Shown here: in pieces, positions 24,324 through 34,640 of the stretch
Numbering within the stretch: the stretch's first letter is position 1
Layout: each line of letters starts with the position of its first letter
Assembly: GCF_001194135.2 (NCBI RefSeq)
Contig: NC_068985.1
Location: 59,245,870-59,280,509 of the forward strand
Reading direction: 5' to 3'
Length of the DNA stretch: 34,640 bases
From: Octopus bimaculoides
Lineage: Eukaryota
The notes under the pieces: generated by a model
Told to the model about the DNA's origin: nothing
The model's input: only the letters and a program-made list of their open reading frames with translations
Database searches by the model: none
Made by a program: the position numbers and the translations under genes

Positions 24324-24325
<2 letters not shown>
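23312..24325 (-). mobile_element. R4/Dong-clade retrotransposon, family A copy 2 (5'-truncated)
   Basis: ORF 23562..24200 gives KSETEEFIIAAQDQCLPTRNY...YRVCQQQNETIDHVVS. It is collinear with copy 1 but has many substitutions and different indels. Its 5' end stops at (TTA)n. Confidence 0.85.
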
Positions 24326-24354
<29 letters not shown>

Positions 24355-24376
24355 CATTATTATTATTATTATTATT
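24324..24376. repeat. (ATT)n tract joining the 5' end of copy 2 to the 3' end of copy 3
   Basis: Directly visible. Confidence 0.95.
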
Positions 24377-26252
24377 CCTTCGTAACACAGTGTAGGTAAA
24401 AATGCACCGGAGCCTTTAGTCATCTGTCAAGTCACAACAAGGATCTCAGACAGATAATACTTTCTTTAAGATGTGCGCTGTGCCCAAAAAGGTTGCTTTT
24501 TGCAAGACATCAATCTTGCATGGGACTTCCAGTTGCCTTAAGAAGTCTTGAAGTTTCAATGGGATTGAGCTCACCGCTCCGATCCCCATTGTTATCACTT
24601 TTACATCACCCTCTTGCAAGACACAGCCTTGCCATTTCCACTTTCAATTCTCAGTACTTGGTGATTTTTTTCAACCTCTTAACTCACATTCATGTCATTT
24701 GTTATGGCTGCTACATCAATGATCTGATAGTATTTGTCTCCCTTATCCAATATGACAATATCCGGCCGACAGTGTTCGATTACACGGTCCGTCTGAAAAT
24801 CATAGTCCCAGAGTATCGTTACTCTACCTTCTTCCTGCATAACTTCACTTGGTACATGCTCATACCAATTCTCTGCTACTTCATATTGGTATTTACGGCA
24901 TAAGAGCCAATGAATATACACACACACTTTATCCTAGCGGCGTTTGTATTCTTTTGTACAAGCTCTCGCTCTCACATCCACTTACCAAGTAGGTCACATT
25001 TTCCACACTCTTTCCGCAGAGTCTGCATTTCCGCGTGTCAGAAGTTTTATAGATGTTATACTTCACTGAAATGGTAGCGATGTTCAGGTTTGAGCAGCAA
25101 TGTTCAGGTTTGAGCAGCAATGTTCAGGCTTTCGGGGTACGCTTCAAATCACCTCGCTCAAGCTATGACCATGATGCTGTATTATCCTTAACGTTTTGTG
25201 CATTCCTTTCAAACTGTCTATACATTCTCATTTCAAGAAGACATTCTTTTCTCTTCTCTTCAGCTCTTTGGTTAAATTCTGCCTTGCCCATCATTTTATC
25301 TGCATTTACATCCATATCTTTCGCAGCATATTGCAGCAGGTCTTCATCACTATTTAACAAATACTCGGCAAGCTTTCTCCTTTCTATCCTTATATAATGA
25401 TCTATACTAATAAGTCCTCTGCCACCATTCTTTCTTTTCATATACAGTCTATTTACATTTGATTTGAGATGTAGGGCCCCATGCAGCGTCATCAGCTTTC
25501 TTGTCCTTCTATCCAGTGTTGATATTTCCTCCTTAGTCCATTTGATGATGGTCGCACTATATCTGACCACTACAACTGCCGAGATATTCATTACGGTAAT
25601 CAAAGTTTTGGCTTTCAGGTTGGATTTCAACACCATCTTCACACTGACTCTGACTTTCATTTCTCTGTGTAGAATGTCACCCAGCTAAAAAAAAATCCCT
25701 ACATATCTATACCCACTACAACCGGGTCTCCTGATGGTAACCACAGTTCTCTGCACGCTGTTTCCTTCCCTTTTTTATATTAGGTACTGAGTATTTGGTG
25801 ATCCCAAATTCCATACCGATGTCCATACCACACTTCTGGACTGCTTCGGTTAAGGAATCTATCTGTTTTTCAGATTTTCCAAACAATTCCAGGTCATCCA
25901 TAAACAGTAGATGGTTCACTGATGAGCCTTTCTTCCCACATCAGTAACCCATCTTAACTTTCCTAAGTGTCATCGTTGTGGGTATTAGTACAATTACAAA
26001 AAGTAACGGAGAAAACGAATCATGCTGGAAGATTCCCCTTTCAACATTACCTTCTCCAAGGAATATATTACTTGAGTACAATTTGATTTTTCACTCGTTC
26101 ATGCTATGCATCAGAATATTTGTGATGTTATCAGCAACACCAAACATCTGTAGGCATTCAACGACCCAAGAATGAGGCATCATATCATATGCCTTCTTAA
26201 AGTCAATCGAAGTCATAGACATGTTGGTATGTTTTTTACAACGCCTCAAAAC

Positions 26253-26257
<5 letters not shown>
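24377..26257 (-). mobile_element. R4/Dong-clade retrotransposon, family B (5'-truncated within RT)
   Basis: Minus frames give IDFKKAYDMMPHSW, GIFQHDSFSPLLF, HLLFMDDLELFG, LYMKRKNGGRGL, CRLCGKSVENVTYLVSGC, RPDIVILD and LQKATFLGTAHILKKVLSV* (stop 24446-24448), with about 70 nt of 3' UTR. Frameshifted. Confidence 0.88.
25081..25128. repeat. 20-bp tandem duplication (2.4 units) inside family B
   Basis: TGTTCAGGTTTGAGCAGCAA twice, followed by TGTTCAGG. Confidence 0.95.

Positions 26258-26313
<56 letters not shown>
26255..26313. repeat. (ATT)n tract at the 5' junction of family B
   Basis: Directly visible. Confidence 0.95.
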
Positions 26314-26315
26314 TC

Positions 26316-26403
26316 AAAGTCGACTTCGCCTTCCATTCTTTCGGGTTCGATGAAAAAGTACCAAATTTCAGGCCTTGTGCCTATAGTTGAAAGGACCATT
26401 ATT
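26316..26403 (+). mobile_element. SINE 3' fragment with internal deletion
   Basis: GTCGACTTCGCCTTCCATTCTTTCGGG...AAATTTCAGGCCTTGTGCCTATAGTTGAAAGGA. Confidence 0.7.
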
Positions 26404-26625
26404 GGCGAGCTGGCAGAATCGCTAGAGCACCGGGAAAAATGCATTTCGGCCCTTCTTGCGTTCTGAGTTCAAATTTCGCTGTGGTCAATCTTGCCTTTCA
26501 TCCTTTCAGGGTCGGTAAATAAAATACCAGTGGAAGACTGGGGTCAATGTAATCGACTAGTCCCTTCCCCCAAGATTTCAGGCCTTGTGCCTATAGTAGA
26601 AATGATAATTATCATCATCATCAGC
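26404..26625 (+). mobile_element. tRNA-derived SINE, full length with (ATC)n tail
   Basis: GGCGAGCTGGCAGAA head, B-box-like GTTCAAATT at 26467, tail TTCAGGCCTTGTGCCTATAGTAGAAA followed by (ATC)n. Confidence 0.8.
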
Positions 26626-27148
26626 GTCGTCATTGTCGTCGTCGTCATCATCATCATAATTTTCATTGATTAGTAACATCGAAATATCGCTGGATAATAG
26701 GATGTAGTAAATTGTGCACTTAATAATACAATCTCAGCTCCAAAATGAAAGTTTGCTACAGTGTTATTCTTTGCCATAACAGCAATAAGCAGGAATTCTA
26801 AAAGACGACAAAGTATGGAAAGAATGAATAAATCTTCTGGAATTGGTTCACCAAGGAATTATATCAATGTTACCAATTCACCAAGAATTTATAACTTCTT
26901 GTTAATAATCTCCTTTGTTGCAGAATCTTAATAAACTCTTCTTGTTTATCATATCTTCATAAAGTTGCTAGTTTCTGTGTTTTTTAAGCGATAAAGTTCC
27001 CATAAGTTATCATTTATTATTACTTTCAACTTCTCCTTCTCACAAGTTTTCCTCATCAAATAGTTTTCTCATCCAAATGATGCACTCTAATAGCAGACCA
27101 AACAGGCATTGAAGCTTCTTCTAGAAAACATATTAATGTTTGTAATAT

Positions 27149-27211
<63 letters not shown>

Positions 27212-27231
27212 CGACGATGATGGTGGTGGTG
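27149..27231. repeat. (GAT)n microsatellite next to the N-gap 27232-27493
   Basis: Directly visible. Confidence 0.95.
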
Positions 27232-29435
27232 NNNNNNNNNNNNNNNNNNNNNNNNNNNNNNNNNNNNNNNNNNNNNNNNNNNNNNNNNNNNNNNNNNNNN
27301 NNNNNNNNNNNNNNNNNNNNNNNNNNNNNNNNNNNNNNNNNNNNNNNNNNNNNNNNNNNNNNNNNNNNNNNNNNNNNNNNNNNNNNNNNNNNNNNNNNNN
27401 NNNNNNNNNNNNNNNNNNNNNNNNNNNNNNNNNNNNNNNNNNNNNNNNNNNNNNNNNNNNNNNNNNNNNNNNNNNNNNNNNNNNNNNNNNNNNNGTGTGT
27501 GTGTGTGTGTGTATGTATGTATACATATGTTTGTATTTATGTATGTATGTATGTATGTATGTATGTATGCATGCATGTATGTATAATATCATGCAAAAGT
27601 AGAAAAGAAATTGTGGTCAGAAATGAACTAAAATGCAATGAAAGTAAGATTGAAGGAAATAAATGAAAGTGAAAGTAGGAGGTAAAAAGGAAGGAATGAG
27701 CCAACGAAAGATAAAACTGGTTTTGTTCATATCGCCAATATTTTCCTCGTCCATTGATCACAAAGGATGACTTCAGGATCAGATATCTTTATTATTTCTA
27801 TTTCAATATGAAAATGACAACAAAAGAAGACACGTTGAACAACTCCGTGGAGCACTGCAACAACGAGAAGACCATGAACAAGAAAAGGAACACGCACGAT
27901 AACAATGATGTGATCAGAGGAAAAAAATCGGAGCAATAATGAAGACAACAACAAAAGCAGCCACACGAAAGTGGCAGTCAATTGGCAAATAAAAATAAAA
28001 CTGCGAGTAGAAAAATTATAGAAAAACTGAGAAACATTGAATGAGATTGAACAATGACTGCGTTTTTAAGTAATAACAAAAGCATAAATAACACAGCAAT
28101 AGCAACAACAACATTATCCTCTGCTACAACAACAAAATGGACAGCCATGAAATATATCCCAACTCACAAGCTAAATTATTCATTGAGAAATAAAACTTCG
28201 AAGCTGTTTTATTAGTGTGTCCTTATTGAATATCTCAAATACCAAGCAGGTAACTAAAATACCGACCAACCAAAGTACACATTCAATATATAGATTTAAC
28301 TACAATAAAATCACAAATAAATGAAAACACACAATATTGATGATAATATTAAATGTTAGAAAGAGATGGGAAGTCACAGCATTGAAAAGACACGGATATT
28401 ATATTGCATCAAGTCAAGTTTTGTTGTCAAATGTCACTTTGAAATCCTGTGTCTATATTGACTTTTACATCATTTTGAAAAAACTATATTGAATATAATT
28501 TTATGTTTTCTTAATTAATTCTGAGAACATGATAATGACACTAGTAGTCGAATGAATAAATGAATGCATATGACCTTTCCATCGAAGTATTGGCTGTTGT
28601 ATAGCTGTCCATTGTTGACGTTATATGAGAAACCAAGTCCCACACAAGATACAATATACAAATATACAGGCAGATGAAATTGCATATGTGCATGCTAATA
28701 TATATATGTATATGTATATGTATNNNNNNNNNNNNNNNNNNNNNNNNNNNNNNNNNNNNNNNNNNNNNNNNNNNNNNNNNNNNNNNNNNNNNNNNNNNNN
28801 NNNNNNNNNNNNNNNNNNNNNNNNNNNNNNNNNNNNNNNNNNNNNNNNNNNNNNNNNNNNNTATACATATATATATATATGTATAATATATATTTACACA
28901 GACACACACACATACATATATATACATATATATATATGTATTTATACACACATATATACATGTATGTATTTGTATATATGTATGAATATACATATCTTAT
29001 ATATATATACATGCACATACAGATATGTGTGTGATTGTGTGTGTGTGCGCGCGCGAGTGCTTGCGTGTGTGTATGTGTACAAATAAAGAATAGAGAGCGA
29101 GAGACAAATAGAGACATTGATAAATTGATAGCTAGATAGATAGAGAGAGAGAGGGAGAAACAGAGAAATGGGAGACAGAGAGGGGATGAGACAAAGAGAG
29201 AGGTGAGACATAGAGATGGAGAGACAGAGAAAAGGGAGACAGAGAGATAGGGGAGATAGGGAGAGAGAGATAAACTCGTATGCATAAAACCACTCGAAGA
29301 CATCATGCAAAACAAAGTTCCAGTTAACAGAAATATTATTATTTACTTCGACTTCACTCTCAGTTGTTGAGTCTGTTTCTCCATGTGTAACTGTTATTAC
29401 TCCCAAACCTGCTTTAAAATAATAAGCCTAATTTA

Positions 29436-29441
<6 letters not shown>

Positions 29442-29499
<58 letters not shown>

Positions 29500-29700
29500 N
29501 NNNNNNNNNNNNNNNNNNNNNNNNNNNNNNNNNNNNNNNNNNNNNNNNNNNNNNNNNNNNNNNNNNNNNNNNNNNNNNNNNNNNNNNNNNNNNNNNNNNN
29601 NNNNNNNNNNNNNNNNNNNNNCTCTCCCTCTCTCTCTCTCGCGCGCTCTCTTTCTCTCTCTCTTTCGCTCTCTCTCTCTCTCTCTCGCTCTCTCTCTCAT
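29442..29700. repeat. (CT)n microsatellite spanning the N-gap 29500-29621
   Basis: Directly visible. Confidence 0.95.
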
Positions 29701-29899
29701 ACACATACACATACACGTCAGACATTTATACATGTGTGTATGTGTGTTTTGCGTGTGCGTGTGCGGAGGGGCCGTGTTCGAGTAGATATAATACCTTAGT
29801 TTCCGGTAGCAGCATCCTTAAGGGTTGACGGGTAAACTGATTCTATTCTGGCTCTCACATTTTGCTCTGAGACCATTCTCAACTTTCTGCTGACAGGCT

Positions 29900-31845
29900 A
29901 AACGTTGTGAGGAATTGAACGCATGGAAAGGTGACGGGCTCCGCCAAGAATTTCTAGAGCCCACTGAAATACCATAATTGACAAACAAACAAGACTTAAC
30001 ATGATGGATCGTCGAGGCCCGGGAAATAAACGACTGCGCTCAACACTGCTACTTTCCTGGGTGGAGGCGAACAATGTGCAACTGAGATGACGACCACAAA
30101 AGAGACAAAGACACCTAACTTCAGCCTTCACAGTGACAATACTGTCTTTGGGACACGGAGCGTCTATACTCAAAATGCATGTGCAAGGGCGAAAGAACTT
30201 ACTAAATTAACAGGTACACCTAGGAGATCCTAGGGCTGGCTGAAGTCAAGTAGACTGGATTTGGTGAGACAACCACAGATAAAGACGACATCAGGCCAGA
30301 ACATAGAAGGAGCTTCATCGTTTAGAAAGTCAGAGTAAGTTCATTCATCAGTTGCACACCAATATTCAGGTTCATCAACATACGTGTGGCTGCAAGCCCA
30401 TAGAATATTATTATCATACAGGTCCATGTATTATCGCTTGAATATGATGAGACGTCGTTGAAGAATTCTATGATGACACGGAGAAAATCACCAGAGCAGC
30501 TTCTACAAAAGATGTCCTTATCCTCCTAAGAGATTGGAATACCAAAATAGTCCTGAATGCATATGACCAAAGGGCTGGGACAGTGGACGATTACGGATCG
30601 GCGAAACCTATGATTATAGACTGCGAATCCCATAATTTGTTAGCAAACACAAGCTGATCCAAGCCAACGCATTGTTACCACACAAAACCTTGCACATGCA
30701 CCAAGCAACACGTCTCACAACCAAAATCACTTCATCTTTGCACCTCAAAAGTTCAAATTTCACATCAACAAGGTTAAGACTAAGACTTCCCTTGGTATGG
30801 ATGTTAGCAGTGATCATGATTAGGTTTAAAGTAGACTAACAGAAAGATCCCAGGTCTGCAGCTCTTAACGTTCTGGAAGATGGTATAAACTCCCTAACCG
30901 ACCACATCAATGAAGTGCTAGAAGAAATGACTCTGGAGGTGCTAGGGAGAAAGAGAAAGGAACCGTGGACTAATGAGGATATCTTGGATCTATATAATTT
31001 AAAAGAGTGCCCGAGGAAGACCAAGCTAAATGGTCTGGAGTCAAGTCTGCAATACAATACTGTGAATAGGAAGGTTAGGAAGAGGGATGGATAGCAGAAC
31101 AGTACAAAGTCAATGTCATAGAAGCTGGGATAAAGAAGGGCAACAACAAAGTTGCTTATGAAACTCAAAATCTCAACGAAAAGAAACACACCAACAATTT
31201 CGTTTAGGACAAAACATGCCTGCAACTCACAGATGAGAATATCATAAAATGATGGTCTGAGTACTTCAAAAACTTTTAGAAACATATGACGGCAACATCT
31301 TAGACAATATCTAAAACAAAAACAATAACAGAGAACTTGGCGATACTCCAATTCTCCAGGAAGAAGTCGAAGAGCAGTATGCATGCTCAAAGATGGGAAA
31401 TACCCAGGAGAGCTTCTAAAACATGGAGGGCCGAAGCTTATCAAAACACTAACCGTTACTGCTCAGAAGATATGGAACACGATGCAGTGGGCAAAGAAAT
31501 GGACCGACTGTTGATGATACCCTTTCCCAAGAAAAGCAACTTAAGTTTCTGCTAGAATTTATCGAAAAATTAATCACTCCAGAGTTCTTGCAAACAGACT
31601 TAAGAGGAAAGCAGAAGAAATCCTTGTAAAAGAAACTGGCCGGGTTGAGGCCCAAAATGATTACCGAGGACAAATATTTAACATTAGACTGCTCGCTGAG
31701 AAATATCTGCAGCACCAGTCTGAACCATATCACAACATCGACTTCAAAAAGGCCTTTAACTGTGTTTGGCATTATGTGTTTTGGCAGTTAACGAAGAATT
31801 ACAATTTTGAGAACAACCTAATCGAAGTAATCTAAGCACTGTAAG
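29900..31845 (+). mobile_element. RTE-clade LINE: putative 5' UTR, APE endonuclease and N-terminal RT; decayed and 3'-truncated
   Basis: Frames from ATG 30087 give FGTRSVYT (like IGTWNVRT), ILGLAEVK*TGFGETTTD, IIQVH, LRDWNTKI (like GDWNAKV), DVSSDHD, ELLKHGG, LIPFPKKSNL and IDFKKAFNCVWH. The 5' boundary is approximate. Confidence 0.85.
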
Positions 31846-32543
31846 CACGGGTATCATATCGTTAATATAGTTCCTTTTACTTTCGAAGCAAGACAATATC
31901 AGTTACTGGATCTTTACAATTAGTGTTTGCATCTTATTTTCGTTGAACAAATTAATTTTAAATACAATGCAACATAAAAATATTAAAACACCACAAAATC
32001 TACCTAAAATACAGAAACCCATCAGCGATTATATTTCAGCTTCTCTTGTCATACAAACGTTCTTTGTCCTTTGGGGGAAAAGACAAAATGATACGCATTG
32101 TTTCTCTCTCTTTTGTAATTCTATGATTCTTTCCATGTTATTGTTGCTGTGTAATTGTTTTGGAAGATCTTTCTTGTATTTTTATTGTTGTACATTTCAT
32201 TTTCTCAGTTAATTAATCTGGCTGAAATTAAATTTGACTGGAATAAGTGTAATGATATTATACAATTGGAAACCACTTGTTTTTGCTTTGCCTCATTTCT
32301 CTAATACCACTTCAGAAGTTATCATGTTGCACGTATGTAGTGGCTTTCATCACCCTCTCCCTCCCTTTTCATTGTCATAATCAAAACAGCAAAGAAAAAA
32401 TACTTGAAACAATCATTAAAACTACCGAATTCTTGACGTTATTTTCAGTTTAAAGCTCTGCGTTACTTTCTTTACCTTGATAAAACTGGTTATGTGCAGT
32501 GTCCAAAAGTATTATTTATACCTTTGTTGGGGGGTTTTTTCAG

Positions 32544-32678
32544 GTGTTCTACATTGAGTCACTATCAGAAGACAATAATAGAAGCACTGCAGAATACTAA
32601 TGAAATAAATATATTGATGAAAAGTGAAGCAACAATACAAAGAATTATAATTGGCTACGTTAATGCCAGATTTTACAG
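32544..32678 (+). CDS. Candidate internal coding exon (135 nt, phase 2-2), unknown protein
   Basis: Acceptor TTTTTTCAG|G and donor TACAG|GTAATC. Only one frame is open: CSTLSHYQKTIIEALQNTNEINILMKSEATIQRIIIGYVNARFY. No homolog recognised. Confidence 0.4.
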
Positions 32679-33098
32679 GTAATCTATTTTATCGATTCCG
32701 CAAGGATAAAATAAAATCATCTTGAGAGAGATTTGAACGGGCAACGTATAGTGATGTCAGTAAATACATCACGGCTATTGTCCGTCACCCTATATATCGG
32801 TCCAGCCTACTGAACTTCATATTATAGTATATTGTTATAAAAAATTACAATATATTTTTAAATTATAAAAATGAACTGTATTGAAAATGTTTTGTGCTAT
32901 ATATTGGTTTCAATATCGACTCCATTACTCACCTGGTAATTATTTTAACGACCTCCGAGAGGATCAAAAGCAAAGTCGAACTGTTCTAAAATACCATGCG
33001 ATGCGTCCTTTAACTGTTTGGAGGTGTTGTAGGTGAGCCATGGTGACGGACAGCTTGTCACGGATAAAGTAGACTTGGCGGAGTCCATCACTATCTAG

Positions 33099-33187
33099 GT
33101 CTGACAAGAGTCGTTTACTTCCAGAAGAAGAAAAAGACAGAAACAAAGATTTACAGAAAGTGAAGGATCGACCGAAGAGCAGGATTG
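33099..33187 (+). CDS. Weak candidate exon, phase-compatible with 32544..32678
   Basis: Acceptor CTATCTAG|G and donor ATTG|GTAATT. It encodes (R)SDKSRLLPEEEKDRNKDLQKVKDRPKSRI. Competing open frames exist on the minus strand. Confidence 0.22.
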
Positions 33188-33353
33188 GTAATTTATGTAA
33201 AGCAATCTATCAAACGATCCAACAATTCTGCCAAAAAGCCACTATTTCTACAATAAATCAATTGAGTATATTTGGTATAAATTTCACATTAGTTTTAACG
33301 AAATAAACTATGTTCTCTCCAACATTTTGGCAATCCTTATTTACTAGTATTCA

Positions 33354-33530
33354 AGCGGTTAGCTAGCAGAGTCATTTGCACGCCGGACAAAGTGCTTAGC
33401 GGTATTTCGTCCGTCTTCACGTAGTCGGTTCAAATTTCGCCGAGGTCGACTTTGCCTCTCGTCCTTTCGCAGTTAGGTACTGAGGTCGATGTAATCGACT
33501 AACCCTCTCCCCAGGGGATTTTGTTGTGTC
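33354..33530 (+). mobile_element. tRNA-derived SINE
   Basis: GCTAGCAGAG...GCACGCCGG...GGTTCAAATTTCGCCGAGGTCGACTTTGCC...GGTCGATGTAATCGACT; same family as 421..635. Confidence 0.8.
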
Positions 33531-34640
33531 TATATATTGTTACATATCTAGTGACCTAGATGCCACCGAGAACATTTCCATTCCTGAAGAAGATATTTTG
33601 ACCAATTCTCAGGTGCTGAAAATTGTTTTGTAGGTAGCTAGGAAAGTAGAAGCTAGAAGTGGTTACTACCTCAAGAGAAAGTGTTCTCCTCTATATGTTC
33701 GGTGTATATCCATTGTTTCTACGGAAAATATTGGACATAACAATAAATTCCTTGGCTACGTTTTCATGGGTAATACGTTCATTTCACATTACGCTGTAGT
33801 GATCCAACTCGTCAAAAGTTGGGTTTCTTCCACCATAACCAGGATTTGATCCTAAAGTTGGTCAATGATAATGTGTACACAAGCAATCATACTCAAAGTC
33901 AAATTGTCTCAAACATGTGAAAGCAATTTTAATTTTCACAAAGAAAAGCTAATATAATACATTTATTAGGTAGAAACCAACAAGAAGTTGTTAAATATTT
34001 CAACATTCTAAATATCTCTGAAGTGCTTCTGTTGTTTCCACAATACATGTGACGTCAGTGATGTACCACTGACATTACATACATCACAAGCGTTACACAG
34101 TTAACCAGTGAATCTTACAGAGAGAGATTATCAGAACATAATAATTAATTGTTCTTAAGAAACTTTGGTCCGTGTCACCATACAACATGGGTCGATTGTG
34201 CGCTTACATTTCAAATATCTTTAAGTGATGTGGACGTTTAACACTTTGGCTTATGAATATGCTGCAGAATTAATTCTACTATCGTTATTAGTTTCATAAA
34301 AAAAAGCTCAGTGAGGAGTTCTCTTGACGATAACCAACATCGATTAAGAGTAAAATCAATATATTCTGACCTACAGAAGAAAATCGAAGGCATTGTGTCT
34401 GTTATTGACATATAATTACCTTCCTTTAATCTATATTTTATTTCATTTATTTGTTTTTTCATGTTCCTCCCCATTTGTTTATTTGGATTTATACTATAGT
34501 TTGTGTTGTGCTGACAGTTAAGAGAATTGAAAAATAAACTCCTCACCGGAGTCAAAGAAAACAACACTTGTATTATTTATGATTTGTTGACAATTGACTG
34601 ATAAATAAATAGCTTAAATGAACTGGTGAAATATATATAT

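Noticed and set aside
21261-24325. Idea that R4 copies 1 and 2 are one locus duplicated across the gap (uncollapsed haplotypes)
   Set aside because: They differ by many substitutions, a 9-bp and an approximately 140-bp indel, and by the 5' end point, which is more consistent with independent insertions.
27760-27981. ORFs 27754..27939 and 27727..27981
   Set aside because: Low-complexity, AAC-rich degenerate microsatellite.
28575-29410. Protein-like minus-strand stretches CVGLGFSYNVNNGQLYNSQYFDGK (about 28585-28655) and LGVITVTHGETDSTTESEVE (about 29345-29410)
   Set aside because: The first has no acceptor AG upstream, the donors are weak, and no homolog was recognised.
29900-30090. HDV-like ribozyme in the RTE 5' UTR (known in some RTE elements)
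   Set aside because: Small hairpins exist (GGGCTC/GAGCCC, GTCG/CGAC) but I could not map the P1/P1.1/P2/P3 nested pseudoknot.
33691-33851. Minus-strand frame SNPGYGGRNPTFDELDHYSVM*NERITHENVAKEF... with an in-frame TGA, plus other open minus frames at 32950-33110
   Set aside because: No recognisable family or SECIS. Several frames are open on both strands, so the coding strand cannot be decided without transcript data.
34050-34072. CRE palindrome TGACGTCA overlapping a 7-bp hairpin GTCAGTG/CACTGAC
   Set aside because: A single 8-mer is plausible by chance in 35 kb and there is no promoter context.

Overview
Eukaryotic, AT-rich, repeat-dominated scaffold with 11 N-gaps, most of them flanked by (TA)n/(CA)n/(TACA)n/(CT)n microsatellites. 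The SINE families look like octopus/cephalopod repeats; this is recognised from memory, not from a search. There is no intact known gene, and most of the ORF track is microsatellite or N artefact. Supported content: (i) a 3' fragment of a Tx1/L1-like LINE capped by a perfect 68-bp fold-back inversion; (ii) two decayed RTE-clade LINEs; (iii) a Naiad-like Penelope element with its GIY-YIG half on the minus strand, its RT half inverted on the plus strand, and a type I hammerhead ribozyme at its 3' end; (iv) a second, orphan type I hammerhead; (v) a head-to-tail array of three R4/Dong-clade retrotransposon fragments from two families whose sequenced ends all abut (TAA)n; (vi) several tRNA-derived SINEs, TA-flanked MITEs and a Tc1-like end; (vii) an 86-nt hairpin; (viii) one or two unconfirmed plus-strand candidate exons near 32.5-33.2 kb. 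All alignments and translations were done by eye.
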